A stretch of DNA of 64,000 bases. Source: a virus. Numbering within the stretch: position 1 is the stretch's first letter; every line of letters begins with the position of its first letter. The position numbers and the translations under genes were made by a program. A model generated the notes under the pieces. It saw only the letters and a program-made list of their open reading frames with translations, was not told the origin of the DNA and searched no databases. The stretch lies in the IMG/VR virus record IMGVR_UViG_3300020171_000001, positions 64,001-128,000 of that record; one strand, 5' to 3'. Of this stretch, positions 46,012 to 56,214 are shown piece after piece.

Positions 46012-46749
46012 ATGTCTCAAGCAGACTGGAAAGACCTGACGGGCACTGCGCTGGACACGGGCAGTATTCGCCGCGGAGTCTCGAGTGCCTTCGTGGTCCC
46101 CAACGGCGGGAGTACGTTCATCTATGGCCTGCGTGCGCTCGTGTCCACGACGGGCGCAGGCGGGAAGTACTGCGACCTCGCCGATTTCAAGCCCATCGTC
46201 GGCGCGAAGAAGGGCGGGTCTGTCTCGGTGGCCATGAAACGGCTTACCAGCGGGATCACATACGCGCCGTTCATCGGCTTGCTCAAGGGTACTGACCCGG
46301 CCACGGCCATCGGGTACTACCTGGGGCTGACCCAGGAGACCTCTTACAAGATCGGCCTGTTCAAGGGGACTCCGGCGACCGGCCTCTCGGCCAGCGCTGC
46401 GAACCTGCTTCCCGGTCGATCGAGCACCGCGACCTACACTGACGTGGGGGACACAGCCGCGGCCTGGCATCACCTCCGGCTCGACGTTCTGTCCAACCCA
46501 CACGGCGAAGTGGTCCTCAACGTGTACAAAAACAACCTCGACGCAGTGACCGGCAATCCTGTCACCGCGCCGGTGTGGGAGGCGATCCCGGGCATCTCGC
46601 AGTTCATCGACGACCCACTGGGGTTCTGGAGCGGCAGCGCGCCCCACGAGGACGGCTTCTACGTGGTCTATGGCATGTACACGAACAACGGCGCCGGTGA
46701 GGCCTGCGCCTTCGACCACGTGGTGGTCCAAAGGCAGATAACCCCGTAA
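46012..46749 (+). CDS. putative virion protein (lectin-like beta-sandwich)
   Basis: WHHLRLDV, AFDHVVV; strong codon bias. Confidence 0.6.
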   Translation: MSQADWKDLTGTALDTGSIRRGVSSAFVVPNGGSTFIYGLRALVSTTGAGGKYCDLADFKPIVGAKKGGSVSVAMKRLTSGITYAPFIGLLKGTDPATAIGYYLGLTQETSYKIGLFKGTPATGLSASAANLLPGRSSTATYTDVGDTAAAWHHLRLDVLSNPHGEVVLNVYKNNLDAVTGNPVTAPVWEAIPGISQFIDDPLGFWSGSAPHEDGFYVVYGMYTNNGAGEACAFDHVVVQRQITP

Positions 46750-46783
46750 AGCCTCCGAGCGGGGCTTAGGCTGGAGCACCAAC

Positions 46784-47608
46784 GTGGCACACCCGTTGTG
46801 GGCGCATCCTGGGACACGCGAGGGGCGCATTGCGCCTGTGCACAGCTCCGCCGCGGTCGGCTCCGGATACTCCTACGGCGTACCCTATCTGTACTACGGG
46901 AGCTACTACGGGCTGTCCGCGCATGTCTTCTGCCTCGGCCGCGACATCATCCCGTTCTCCCTCCGACGGCTGCAGATTGGCGCCACGGCGTCTGTGGAGC
47001 AGTCCTTCGTCGTCACGACGGTGCACAAGTTCCTCCTGTTCGTCTGGCACATGCGCGTGCCTACCAGCCTCCCGGTGGCCCGCACGCTGGTCAGCAACGG
47101 CTCCGTGTCCTTCGTGGGGGGCTATCAACAGGCCGGGTGCCGCGGGCTCCTCAGCCCTGTCGATGGTCTTTCCGGCGTCATCCTCGATGCCCCCGGGGCT
47201 CTGTCGCAATTCCAACTCAGCGACTTCGAGCAGTGGTGCACCATCAGCAACGCCACGGACCCGGTGAACGACGGGACGCATCGCATCGTGTGCCCGTCGC
47301 AGGATGGCACCGAGGCCGGGTACTTCGACCGGGCCGTGCTCGAGAACGTGAACCGGATGGGCGTTCCGGCGCCCGACACGGGGTCCATGGTCGAGCGCCT
47401 GAACGACCCTGCAGTGACTATCCGGGTCCACGGGCTGCGCTGGGTCGCTCGGGCTTACTGTGACTGGGGCGCCGGTTGGCAAGCCCGTGTGGTGCTCCAG
47501 GAGCCCGTGGGTCGCAACCTGATCCGGAGTTCCATGGCCTTGCATGTCTCTCAGTACACGGGGCCTCTGGGCGTCAAGTTCGAGCTGATGCTCGAGCGGG
47601 CAGAGTGA
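46784..47608 (+). CDS. hypothetical virion protein
   Basis: GGAG RBS, operonic. Confidence 0.65.
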   Translation: MAHPLWAHPGTREGRIAPVHSSAAVGSGYSYGVPYLYYGSYYGLSAHVFCLGRDIIPFSLRRLQIGATASVEQSFVVTTVHKFLLFVWHMRVPTSLPVARTLVSNGSVSFVGGYQQAGCRGLLSPVDGLSGVILDAPGALSQFQLSDFEQWCTISNATDPVNDGTHRIVCPSQDGTEAGYFDRAVLENVNRMGVPAPDTGSMVERLNDPAVTIRVHGLRWVARAYCDWGAGWQARVVLQEPVGRNLIRSSMALHVSQYTGPLGVKFELMLERAE

Positions 47609-47612
47609 GGAA

Positions 47613-49385
47613 ATGGCCGACGACACCCGGGTGACTGTCCCTGCCGTCTACACGGATGAGATCCGCGCGTGGGATCCTGCCGAGGCCCTGCTGGTGGTCA
47701 ATCGGATACCCGACGCTGGCGAGACCGGCGTGCCGTGGGATCCGGACATCCGGTTCCAGGTCGTGTGCACCACGGGTAGTCCACTGGCGGCCGATACGCA
47801 GGTCTGGGTTCTTCGCGGGTCCACGGGCACCACTGTTCTGGCCGTGGACATGGCCGCTGGCGGTGTCCAGCCCGGGTACTCGGGGTCAGCGGCCTACCGG
47901 CAGTCCGTGGGCTCCGCGGTCCTTGACGAACTCGACGTGGCCATTGCCCCGGATATTGCGTTCGAGTCCATGGAGGTCGTTGGGATCCGCATCACGGCGG
48001 CGATCGGCGGGCAACCGAGCGAGACCACGAACTACGAATTCACGGTAGCCGACTACAACCATCCGGAGATCACGGAGATCGTCTGGCTCTCGGCCACACG
48101 GGCTCTTGTCCGACTGGACGAGGTGGCCCACGATGATTCGCTGTACCTGCTCTACGCCAAAGGGAACGTCGATATCCAGGGATCCGGTCATGTAATCGTC
48201 CGCGGCGCTTCGGATGAGGCCACGAGTATCTCCGCGGGGATGGCTCTGGAGGTCCGCGGGTCTGGCGCCACCGTCAACAACATGAGCGGCTTTGTGATCA
48301 CGGCCACCGGCTCAGGCAACAGCGGGGCCCCGGGCTACCTCGATCTGGCCGGCGACGAGAGCAATACCGTGGAAGACACTGGCGTGGATCGGGATAGCCA
48401 GGGGATCATTGAGGACCAGCGGGACCTCCGGTGCTCCATTGCCCGTATCGTTTTGACGGCCCGTCTGTCCAGCGAAGGGGCAACTGCAGAGAGCTACGCG
48501 GCGGAGCGCATACAGACCAGCTACGTCCCGCTGGTTCGGCAGATCTCGAAGGTTGCCTCAGAAGACCTCGCTGAGGGCCTCGCCTACGGACAATGGCTCT
48601 ACGTGGACTTCGATGAGCCCCTGTCCTTGGGACGGCTCTACACGCTAGCCTGGACCCTCGGGGACACACTGGGCAACTGGGGCGAGTCAACGTACATGTT
48701 CCAGATGCCACGGTTCGGTGTGGAGGAGGGCATCGATTTTTGGGCAAACGGCATCCAGTCTTCGCGGGACAAGGAAGCCGACCTTCGGGAGGGCACAGGG
48801 GCGCTTCGCCGCCTGTCTGTCATCTTGGGGGATGCGCTCTTGCTCCAGCGCTACTACGCGCAGCAGATGGTCCACCTGGACGACGCCGGTAAGTGCCCGG
48901 ATGCCTGGGTCCCCTTCCTGCTCTACGACCGTGGAAACCCGTTCACGTTTGCCACGCAGTCTCTCCGGCTGGGCCGGCGCGTGGCCGAGTTCCTTCCCGA
49001 TCTCCTTCGGGCCAAGGGGACAGCGGGGGCCATCGAAGTCTTCATTGCCCGCGTTCTCGGGATCCAGGGGTCCGCTGTGGCCTACTGGACGGCCGACAAT
49101 TGGGTTCTGGGGAGCCCTGTCTTGGGTCGCCTGGGGCACACCACAGTGCTGTGCCCGTCGACGGCCTATGAGCGCAACTGCTGGGTGTTCTACAGCGCGC
49201 GTGACGTGACGGACGCAGAGGAGTCTATCATAGTTGAGATCTGCCGCTGGGCAGACCCCTTCAATTTGCACTTCCTGGGGGTCATTGAGCCCTCTGATGT
49301 TCAGGATGGCTCCCTGGTCCCCGGCGGCGGCTACTGGGTCCTGGGGACATCGGTGCTGGGCAGTAGTACAATCCTGTCGCCCTGA
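47613..49385 (+). CDS. Ig-like domains plus C-terminal baseplate wedge (P2 gpI-like) protein
   Basis: NRIPDAGETGV Ig start; LDDAGKCPDAWVPFLL..G...LLRAKGTAGAIE; WVLG..VLG repeats. Confidence 0.75.
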   Translation: MADDTRVTVPAVYTDEIRAWDPAEALLVVNRIPDAGETGVPWDPDIRFQVVCTTGSPLAADTQVWVLRGSTGTTVLAVDMAAGGVQPGYSGSAAYRQSVGSAVLDELDVAIAPDIAFESMEVVGIRITAAIGGQPSETTNYEFTVADYNHPEITEIVWLSATRALVRLDEVAHDDSLYLLYAKGNVDIQGSGHVIVRGASDEATSISAGMALEVRGSGATVNNMSGFVITATGSGNSGAPGYLDLAGDESNTVEDTGVDRDSQGIIEDQRDLRCSIARIVLTARLSSEGATAESYAAERIQTSYVPLVRQISKVASEDLAEGLAYGQWLYVDFDEPLSLGRLYTLAWTLGDTLGNWGESTYMFQMPRFGVEEGIDFWANGIQSSRDKEADLREGTGALRRLSVILGDALLLQRYYAQQMVHLDDAGKCPDAWVPFLLYDRGNPFTFATQSLRLGRRVAEFLPDLLRAKGTAGAIEVFIARVLGIQGSAVAYWTADNWVLGSPVLGRLGHTTVLCPSTAYERNCWVFYSARDVTDAEESIIVEICRWADPFNLHFLGVIEPSDVQDGSLVPGGGYWVLGTSVLGSSTILSP

Positions 49386-49407
49386 AAAGACGGGCTCGAG
49401 GTAGCAG

Positions 49408-51240
49408 ATGGACCGATTCGATTTCTACGCAGGGCAGATAGTCACACAGGCCGACCTCGATCAAGCCTTTACCGACTGTGAGGTGTCCGAGGGGCACCTT
49501 GCCACAGACGGCGGTATGATTCAGGTCGACTCGGGCGCATCACCTGGGCCCACGGCCCTCGGCGGCATCCTGTCTGGGCTGGTGATCAGCGCGTCCGCTG
49601 GCGTGGACAAAGCCACTATCACGGCAGGCGTCGCACGCGACGAGACAGGGCGCCGTATCACGCTTCCGTCGGGGGCCACGGTGTCACTGACCAAGGCCGG
49701 CGCCACGGACGAGGGTGACATCGTGGATGCTCTGCCGGCCTCCGGCGCGAGCATCGCGGCCTCGTGCCCGATCGGGCGGCAGATCGTGGCATCGCTGTTC
49801 ATCGTGGCCGACGAGCACCTGTCGCTTCTGGAGCAGGACGAGACCGAAACCTGGGTCTACACTCGGCGGGAGGACTCGTTTCACTTCACCGTCGAGATCG
49901 GCACGTCCTTCGACCCCGCAGCGGTACCGGATCCGATCGTCGTGTCGGCTCTGGCCAACGGCAAGGTCCTCCTCGCCGACATCCTGCTGACCAACAACGC
50001 AGGAACCATGGTGGCCATAGCCGGGGGCGTCTGCACGTGCGACCGCGATTGGGACCTCCTCGGCGGCAACTACGCCAAGGCGAACGGGCGGCGCAGCGAT
50101 GCCATCGCTTTTGAAGGTTCCAATGCCGACTTCCCGCAGCTCGGCTCCGTCAACTACCTGCGAGCGCCCACCGTGCGCAAGGCCCTCTACGACATGATGG
50201 CCATGCTACAGGACAACGCCTCCGGCTTCCCAGGGGCCTACAACGTGGGTGCCATCGCCGAGACCGGCGCCGGCCTGCTCCACGAAGCCATCGTGGCCAA
50301 GACGCTTACCAAGGGCAATGTCTCCGTCCAGCTCCTGGAACTGCTCAACGCCGTCAACACCAAGCTGTCCCGCGGTGGAGACACTATCCAGCCCCAGGCG
50401 GGTGTAGACGGCCTCGTGCTGGATCCCTCGGTGATGACGGACACGCAAGCCCTCTTGAGCATCCTGTCTCTGAGCAATGCCGGAGCTGCACCGTTTCTAC
50501 GTGTCAGTGGCTCTCGCGGCCACCTGTGTTTGCCGCACCCACTGTATGAGGATTTCAACTGGATCGGGCCCGCCGCCGGTTCTCTGACGTTCTCTGGAGA
50601 AACTGACGAGTGGGGCACCACGGTAATCGGCGGTGGTGGTTCCATCGGCTTGCAAACCAGTGTCCCAGGCGGAGTTCTTATCTTTGTCACAAGCGGTGGG
50701 GCCAACGACGGTATAACCCTGGCCTCGGGCTACAACACAGCGACGGGGGTCTCCCACGGGCGCTGGAACTGCGGCGCTGCGCCTTGGGCCATCTTCGGAA
50801 TCCGATTCCGCATTCCGGCTATCGGGTCCATGAATGACCTCAAGCTCAACTTCGGATTGTCTACTTTCGGCGGGAGTAGCTCTGCCAGTCTACTGTACAA
50901 CGACGACACGGCAGGCGGCACGCCCAACAAGAACTTGTACATTGTCTGCGCGGACAGCATCGGGGGCAGCGGCGCAGCGCCCCTCGGAGAGCTATCCCAG
51001 GACACCTGGTACACGGCGCGTATCGCTGTGCTAGGGGACACCTCTGTGGTGGGGCAACTCGCAGAAGAGGGGGCAATGCCTGGCCCCGAGGTCTTCGCCC
51101 CGCCCCCCGGGGGTACCATGGCGGATAGCCACTATTCGGCTGTAGCAGGTATCATCGGAACCACAGGCGTGGCTGCACGGACACTGGAGGTAGACTGGAT
51201 CTATGCTGCCGATGGCTACCTGCCACCGGACATGAGGTAA
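49408..51240 (+). CDS. tail fibre / receptor-binding protein
   Basis: RFDFYAGQIVTQADLD, GILSGL, ITAGVARDETGRRI baseplate-anchoring N-terminus; C-terminal LYEDF..WYTARI..LEVDWI lectin-like domain. Confidence 0.75.
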   Translation: MDRFDFYAGQIVTQADLDQAFTDCEVSEGHLATDGGMIQVDSGASPGPTALGGILSGLVISASAGVDKATITAGVARDETGRRITLPSGATVSLTKAGATDEGDIVDALPASGASIAASCPIGRQIVASLFIVADEHLSLLEQDETETWVYTRREDSFHFTVEIGTSFDPAAVPDPIVVSALANGKVLLADILLTNNAGTMVAIAGGVCTCDRDWDLLGGNYAKANGRRSDAIAFEGSNADFPQLGSVNYLRAPTVRKALYDMMAMLQDNASGFPGAYNVGAIAETGAGLLHEAIVAKTLTKGNVSVQLLELLNAVNTKLSRGGDTIQPQAGVDGLVLDPSVMTDTQALLSILSLSNAGAAPFLRVSGSRGHLCLPHPLYEDFNWIGPAAGSLTFSGETDEWGTTVIGGGGSIGLQTSVPGGVLIFVTSGGANDGITLASGYNTATGVSHGRWNCGAAPWAIFGIRFRIPAIGSMNDLKLNFGLSTFGGSSSASLLYNDDTAGGTPNKNLYIVCADSIGGSGAAPLGELSQDTWYTARIAVLGDTSVVGQLAEEGAMPGPEVFAPPPGGTMADSHYSAVAGIIGTTGVAARTLEVDWIYAADGYLPPDMR

Positions 51241-51244
51241 CGCC

Positions 51245-51523
51245 ATGCCACTGATTGATTGTCGAGTGAGCGTGAAGGAACAGACCCTGGAGACCCTCCA
51301 GGGACTCCGCCAGGGCCCGCGAACGCGCATGAAGTTGGCCTACAAGGACCGGCCGGATCTCACCTTCATCGTCCAGGGAGACCTCCCGAGCCAGTGCCAG
51401 CGTGCCGCGCAGGATGCTGCCCGGCAGCGCTTCGGCCACACGCATGACATCCTGTCCGTGAACATCACTGATGCGCGGGGCCGCGCGGTTGCCGTGGTCA
51501 TCAAGCCCCGCGTCGTGGGATAG
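51245..51523 (+). CDS. hypothetical protein
   Basis: GAGG RBS, operonic. Confidence 0.6.
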   Translation: MPLIDCRVSVKEQTLETLQGLRQGPRTRMKLAYKDRPDLTFIVQGDLPSQCQRAAQDAARQRFGHTHDILSVNITDARGRAVAVVIKPRVVG

Positions 51524-51530
51524 CGGTCCC

Positions 51531-52052
51531 GTGTCCTACGCCTACGCAGCTCTCAAGGTTGCGCTGCAGGCCGCTGCCGACATCCTGGGGCGTGCAGCGC
51601 AGGTTGCTCTTGGGTCTCCCGACGAGGTCGAGTACCCGACGTATGGCCTGTCCCGCGCTACCCGGGACACGGGGCAGATGTGGGCTACTGGTGAGTCCCC
51701 AGTAGACCTGGTCTTGCAGGGGCTAGGGGCCGAGTTCGACCGGGCGGCCGTGGCCTGGGCCATGGTGAAGACCCAGGCGGCGGGGGTGCCGCCCACGATT
51801 TCGGCACAAAGTCGAATAGCCAACGTGTCCAAGGACGAGGTCAACGACCAGATCACGGTGACGTTCGCTGTCCCGTTTCTTTCCTCAGAAGGGATCGTCC
51901 CTTGGGCCTTCCCCAGCATCGTCGCCGGGTGCCCTCGGCTTGTCGGCATCAATACAGGCCAGATGACCCTCGAGTTCATCGACCCGGTCACCGGCCTCAA
52001 GCTCGGGATCAACAGCCGGAACATCCGGTTGTTTGCCATCGGCGCTGTCTGA
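51531..52052 (+). CDS. hypothetical tail-associated protein
   Basis: AWAMV...NVSK...ITVTFAVPF pattern seen in fibre C-terminal domains. Confidence 0.55.
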   Translation: MSYAYAALKVALQAAADILGRAAQVALGSPDEVEYPTYGLSRATRDTGQMWATGESPVDLVLQGLGAEFDRAAVAWAMVKTQAAGVPPTISAQSRIANVSKDEVNDQITVTFAVPFLSSEGIVPWAFPSIVAGCPRLVGINTGQMTLEFIDPVTGLKLGINSRNIRLFAIGAV

Positions 52053-52514
52053 CCTCGGAGTGCTCTCCGGGGCCCAGGTCAGTTCTGGGTCCCCGGCGCC
52101 ACGAACCAGAGCAACGAGCTGCCGTTTGCCCCCCGGCCCCGCCGGGCCCAGCACCACGACGCGCGTCATGGCCACCCAGGCCGTCAAGATCGGCGGCTCG
52201 TCGAATGGCAGGAGCTGGCACAGCGGCGCAGCCTGCGCAAGGGCCTGCGACAGGCCCGGGTGGACGGCAAGACGCAGGTCCCGGTGCAAGAGACCGAGGA
52301 GTTCAAGACGTCGCCAGAGCATGTGGACCCACGCCGTGCCCATGACCAGGGCCTCGGGCGTCTGGATGACCAAGGTCCCATGGGGTATACGGAGCACGAT
52401 GCCCAGGTGAGACTGGTCGCCCACAGCTGATACCTCCCTGAGGCCGCAGGGGAGCTCCAGGGCGCCGAAGTCTTCTGGCGGGGCTCCAGTATGCTCTATG
52501 GGCATGGACGGCAC
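51885..52514 (-). CDS. hypothetical protein
   Basis: Coupled to the upstream ORF; the 3' end overlaps the convergent gene by 168 nt. Confidence 0.45.
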   Translation of the reverse strand: MPSMPIEHTGAPPEDFGALELPCGLREVSAVGDQSHLGIVLRIPHGTLVIQTPEALVMGTAWVHMLWRRLELLGLLHRDLRLAVHPGLSQALAQAAPLCQLLPFDEPPILTAWVAMTRVVVLGPAGPGGKRQLVALVRGAGDPELTWAPESTPRSDSADGKQPDVPAVDPELEAGDRVDELEGHLACIDADKPRAPGDDAGEGPRDDPF

Positions 52515-52921
52515 TTCCAGGCCACGTAGCGCGCTACCAGCGATACAAGCGGCTCAGGCTTCGATGTGCTTCGGAAGGACAGCGCGTCCCACGGGTACCG
52601 CAGGGGGTAGACCTCGCTGAAGCCCGCCTGGTGGCCCATCATCTCTTGGAGCAGACTCAGGCCGTTGGCCCCTTGCGCTACAGCTACGTTGAACATACCG
52701 AACACGAGCTTGGTACCGGCCAGCGGGTCATGGTTGCCCACGACGCCTGCCCGGTGCTCGCAATCGCCGTGCAGGGTGATATGGCAGGGGGCGCCTTCTT
52801 TGGTTGCGTAGACCACTCGGATGTTCCACCGACGGTCCAGATCGTCTTGCACCGCAAAAGAGCCCACGGTGGTCTGCACAGAATCAAGCTCAGGCATGGC
52901 CCCTGGACGCAGCTCGGACAT
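52496..52921 (-). CDS. hypothetical protein
   Basis: 141 aa, downstream of a promoter-like site. Confidence 0.55.
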   Translation of the reverse strand: MSELRPGAMPELDSVQTTVGSFAVQDDLDRRWNIRVVYATKEGAPCHITLHGDCEHRAGVVGNHDPLAGTKLVFGMFNVAVAQGANGLSLLQEMMGHQAGFSEVYPLRYPWDALSFRSTSKPEPLVSLVARYVAWKCRPCP

Positions 52922-53000
52922 TCAGGGCCTGGAGGGCACCGGGTCCCGTTGGGGAGCTGGACAATGGCAGAGCTGCTGAAGCCAGTGAGCAGCAACCTGC

Positions 53001-53029
53001 AGTGTCTGCTGGGGGGCCCGACCTGTCAA
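53001..53029 (-). promoter_or_regulatory. sigma70-like promoter
   Basis: TTGACA-N17-GACACT. Confidence 0.5.
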
Positions 53030-53031
53030 GT

Positions 53032-53742
53032 TCAAAGGGACCGGCGGTGAATGTCCAGGAAGGGATCCGGGGGGGACACTGCGTGGATACGCGTGGCAAG
53101 GTCTTGGACGGTTTGCTCCCGGATCTCCGGTGTGTCCCGGTTGGCGCTCCAGGGAACGTCCAGGATCGCTACGCCTTGGCGGCGTAGGACATCGACCATG
53201 AAGTCGATCTCACGGTCCAGGGCCTGTAGGTATTCCAGGGAGACGGCAGACTCGCAGGCTCGACCGGTCTGCTTCTCCATGCGGGAGATGATGCGCTCCC
53301 GGCAGACCACGGGGGAGGACAGGATCCGGATGCACACGGTGGGCAGCAGCACCATGGTGGTCATGGCCTTGTAAATCGCTTGGTATGTATCGAACTCCCG
53401 CGCCGAGAGCGTGTCCATGGCAAGCTGCAAACGTGCAAAACACGTATCCCCGTAGAAGCTACGGTCGATGAGCGCGAGCCCGTAGCCCTGCAGTGCATGC
53501 CACTGCGCGTGGAGGTGCATGCGGAGCCGGAGTCCGAGCAGGTGAATCTGCATGGTCATGGCCCACCGCTGTGGGTCTGCGTAGAAGTCCGCCAAGTACG
53601 GATTGGCGTTGTTTTGCTCATCTGGCTCTTGGAGCACCAGCGTCTTTGGCCCCAGAGCCTGCCCCAGCTCGGCAACCAGTGTGCTCTTCCCGCTGCTGAT
53701 CAGGCCTTCGACGACGATGACCTTGCTACTCCCGATGTGCAT
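53032..53742 (-). CDS. deoxynucleoside kinase
   Basis: IVVEGLISSGKSTL P-loop, EP..NPYLADFY.DP.RWA..MQ, DRS..GD..FA, RI..R...E....YL..L. Confidence 0.92.
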   Translation of the reverse strand: MHIGSSKVIVVEGLISSGKSTLVAELGQALGPKTLVLQEPDEQNNANPYLADFYADPQRWAMTMQIHLLGLRLRMHLHAQWHALQGYGLALIDRSFYGDTCFARLQLAMDTLSAREFDTYQAIYKAMTTMVLLPTVCIRILSSPVVCRERIISRMEKQTGRACESAVSLEYLQALDREIDFMVDVLRRQGVAILDVPWSANRDTPEIREQTVQDLATRIHAVSPPDPFLDIHRRSL

Positions 53743-53761
53743 GAGGACCTCCGCTTCCGTT

Positions 53762-55999
53762 TCATTTTGCTTCGTACAGTGATTTCCCGGTGCTGGGCTC
53801 TGCATCGAGGTAGATAGTGCCATAGGCCGTTTCCATGGGCGTGTTGCCGAAGTGCTTCATGAAGACCCTGGCCACGTCCTCGGCATCGTTCTCCCTCGCT
53901 AGGAAGACGGCTTGGTCGTGCCCGTGGAAGATGCAGTGCGCAGAGTTTCCTGGTCTCGCGTCGAGTTCCCACTGCGTCTGGCACATCTCGGAGGTCACGA
54001 TCTCCGCGCCTCGGCACTGGATCCTCCAATTCGCAAACTCTGTGACAGGCGGGGGCATGACCGGCGAGTACCTCCGGCGACCGAAGGGTGGGATCTCCAT
54101 GAAGCCTTGGCGCTTGACCAGGTCGATCTCTTGCTCGTGCTTCTCGTAGATCTCGTGGAAGAGCCCATGGAAGAGCCCTCGGTGGATCTCTCGGACGAGA
54201 TCCAGGGTCATCATCCGGCGGAGTTCCATGTCAACACGCTTGTTTTCTCGACTGGTACGCCAGATCTTCTCCGGGCCTCCAAGATAGAAGCCGCAGAACT
54301 CCACGTTCTTGGTGACCTTGCGGATTTTGTCTCGCTCCTCCGGCGTCTTCCGCTCCCAGTAGTCCCTGCCAAAGACGTTGACCGCCGCGAACGTGTGCGG
54401 GTCGACCTTCCGGCAGAAGTAGCTCGCTGGTTCCACTTTGCCCTGGATGACCTCGATGAGGGCTTTGCAGTCGGCTGCCCCTGCGTTCAACCGGAGTTCC
54501 AGATTGTTCTTGTCGCTGCCGACCAGGCACCAGCCGGGGGGCGCTTCGAAGAACTTCCTGTCGTCTTCTCGCTGATTTGCGACGTTGGGAGAACTTGTGA
54601 ATCGGATGCCCTTCTGGTCAAACGGTTTCCACTTGGTGTACAGGACACGGTGCTCGCCAGTCCCCACGATGGCCGCTGCGTAGGCCCCGCACACGCGGTT
54701 GGTGACGACCTGCATCAGATCTTCAGTCAGGTCCTCCGGGCCGAAGTCCACGTGGTCGATTGGGTTGTTGTTGCGGTCGACGATGTTGAACGTGCCAAGG
54801 TCCGCGAGGCTGCCGCCGGCCTCTTCGACCTTCTTCCGTTCTTCGTCTGGGTCATCCTGGTAGCATGTTGCGTAGGCCTTGCTCTCCTCATCGAGAGCAA
54901 CCAACATGGCCACGAACGGGTGCTCGATGTGATCGATGATCGCACGATAGCCTGTGGAGGGATCACCCCGGGCTTTGGTCGTTGCCGTGGGCACAAGCCC
55001 CAGGTTCCAGGGCGCCTGGGCGTACTTGGCGCCGAACAGTGCTTCCTGCTTGTCCGCGGGCTTGCGTGGTGAAAAGTCGGGCCAATCGAGCCATTCCCGC
55101 ATGCGCTTGCGCAGGGCCAGCATGAACTTGAGCTTTTCCACGCCCATGGCCCGGCGCTTGACCATGTTGACTGGGATCCCAGTATTCTCCATGGTCCTGG
55201 CCAACTCAGCATAGCTGTTCTGCCAGAAGATGAGTTCGTCGGACATGCCCCGGGCATGGATGTGCTCCGTCAGTCTGGGCACGAGCTGCACCGTGTAGAG
55301 CGCGTCCTTGGCATTGTAGATGAGGAGCTTCCAAGGGTTATGGATTTTGACGCCGAAGCCCTCGTTGGACTTGTACTCCAGCTTCCACGGGCCAACCTGC
55401 AGATAGGTGTGGCCCATGAATCCGAGGTCATGCGGGATATCCGGTTGGACCAGGTGGTGCAGGCCCATGGTGTCGCAGATTGGCCCGCGGACCCGGAGAC
55501 CCTTGCGGTCGAGGACGCCCATGTCGAAGGGTGCGTTCTGGAAGATCTTGGTGATCTGCTCATCGGTCAAGATCTGGCGGAGCAGGACCAAGAGCTCGAG
55601 TTCCAGGGCCTCGGGTAGCAGTCGGAGGTCGAGCAGAGGGAACGCCACGGCGACGTTATTCGGAGCGCCCTCCGCGATAGCAATGGAGTGGAGCCTGCAT
55701 TTGGCATAGTCAAGGGACGTGGATTCCACGTCCACGGCAAGCGCAGGTTTGGCTTGCAGCCAGTAGCGCATCCAGGACTTCGCCGTCTCGAAGTACGTCA
55801 TGAAGTCCACGGGGCCCCCCGGGAGCAGGCAGACCAAGTGCTCCTCGTGCTGACGTCCGTGCTCTGACATCTCGTATGCCTTGAGATAGTCCATCCGGAT
55901 GCAGTCTGTGATGGGCTTGATTCCCCGGATGTCTCCGTGCTTGGATTCTGCCGCGGCATGGAAGAAGGACGCGAGGTGGACCGTTGGAACGACGAGCAT
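53762..55999 (-). CDS. polA: family A DNA polymerase with 3'-5' exonuclease and an N-terminal UDG C-fragment
   Basis: ExoI DVES, ExoII QNAPFD, ExoIII YNAKDA; motif A DKNNLELR, motif B RKVTKNVEFCGFY, motif C GHDQ; start ATG coupled to the upstream stop (TGATG) and begins MLVVPTVHLA. Confidence 0.92.
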   Translation of the reverse strand: MLVVPTVHLASFFHAAAESKHGDIRGIKPITDCIRMDYLKAYEMSEHGRQHEEHLVCLLPGGPVDFMTYFETAKSWMRYWLQAKPALAVDVESTSLDYAKCRLHSIAIAEGAPNNVAVAFPLLDLRLLPEALELELLVLLRQILTDEQITKIFQNAPFDMGVLDRKGLRVRGPICDTMGLHHLVQPDIPHDLGFMGHTYLQVGPWKLEYKSNEGFGVKIHNPWKLLIYNAKDALYTVQLVPRLTEHIHARGMSDELIFWQNSYAELARTMENTGIPVNMVKRRAMGVEKLKFMLALRKRMREWLDWPDFSPRKPADKQEALFGAKYAQAPWNLGLVPTATTKARGDPSTGYRAIIDHIEHPFVAMLVALDEESKAYATCYQDDPDEERKKVEEAGGSLADLGTFNIVDRNNNPIDHVDFGPEDLTEDLMQVVTNRVCGAYAAAIVGTGEHRVLYTKWKPFDQKGIRFTSSPNVANQREDDRKFFEAPPGWCLVGSDKNNLELRLNAGAADCKALIEVIQGKVEPASYFCRKVDPHTFAAVNVFGRDYWERKTPEERDKIRKVTKNVEFCGFYLGGPEKIWRTSRENKRVDMELRRMMTLDLVREIHRGLFHGLFHEIYEKHEQEIDLVKRQGFMEIPPFGRRRYSPVMPPPVTEFANWRIQCRGAEIVTSEMCQTQWELDARPGNSAHCIFHGHDQAVFLARENDAEDVARVFMKHFGNTPMETAYGTIYLDAEPSTGKSLYEAK

Positions 56000-56214
56000 C
56001 AGACACCTGTTCCCGACTCGAGTACCTCGACGGCACGCCGAGCCAACGTGTAGGACCTGAAGCGCTTCAAGCACACCAATGAATGCCTCCCGTGGGCCCG
56101 CAGATGGATAACCCAGCCCCCGCCGGGCTCACGGTCGCAGACTAGGCGGCAGCTGCCATCGGCCAGCGTCTCACGCAAGGCCCGACTGTCAAAGAGCATG
56201 TCCATCGTGTCCAT
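55999..56214 (-). CDS. small hypothetical protein
   Basis: 71 aa, AGGA RBS, stop overlaps the polymerase start. Confidence 0.6.
   Translation of the reverse strand: MDTMDMLFDSRALRETLADGSCRLVCDREPGGGWVIHLRAHGRHSLVCLKRFRSYTLARRAVEVLESGTGV

Noticed and set aside
31697-51240. Standalone tailocin/eCIS
   Set aside because: Portal, protease, capsid and replication genes are present, so this is a phage
51885-52052. 168-nt convergent overlap as a functional antisense element
   Set aside because: Most simply explained by stop-codon run-on where the two operons meet
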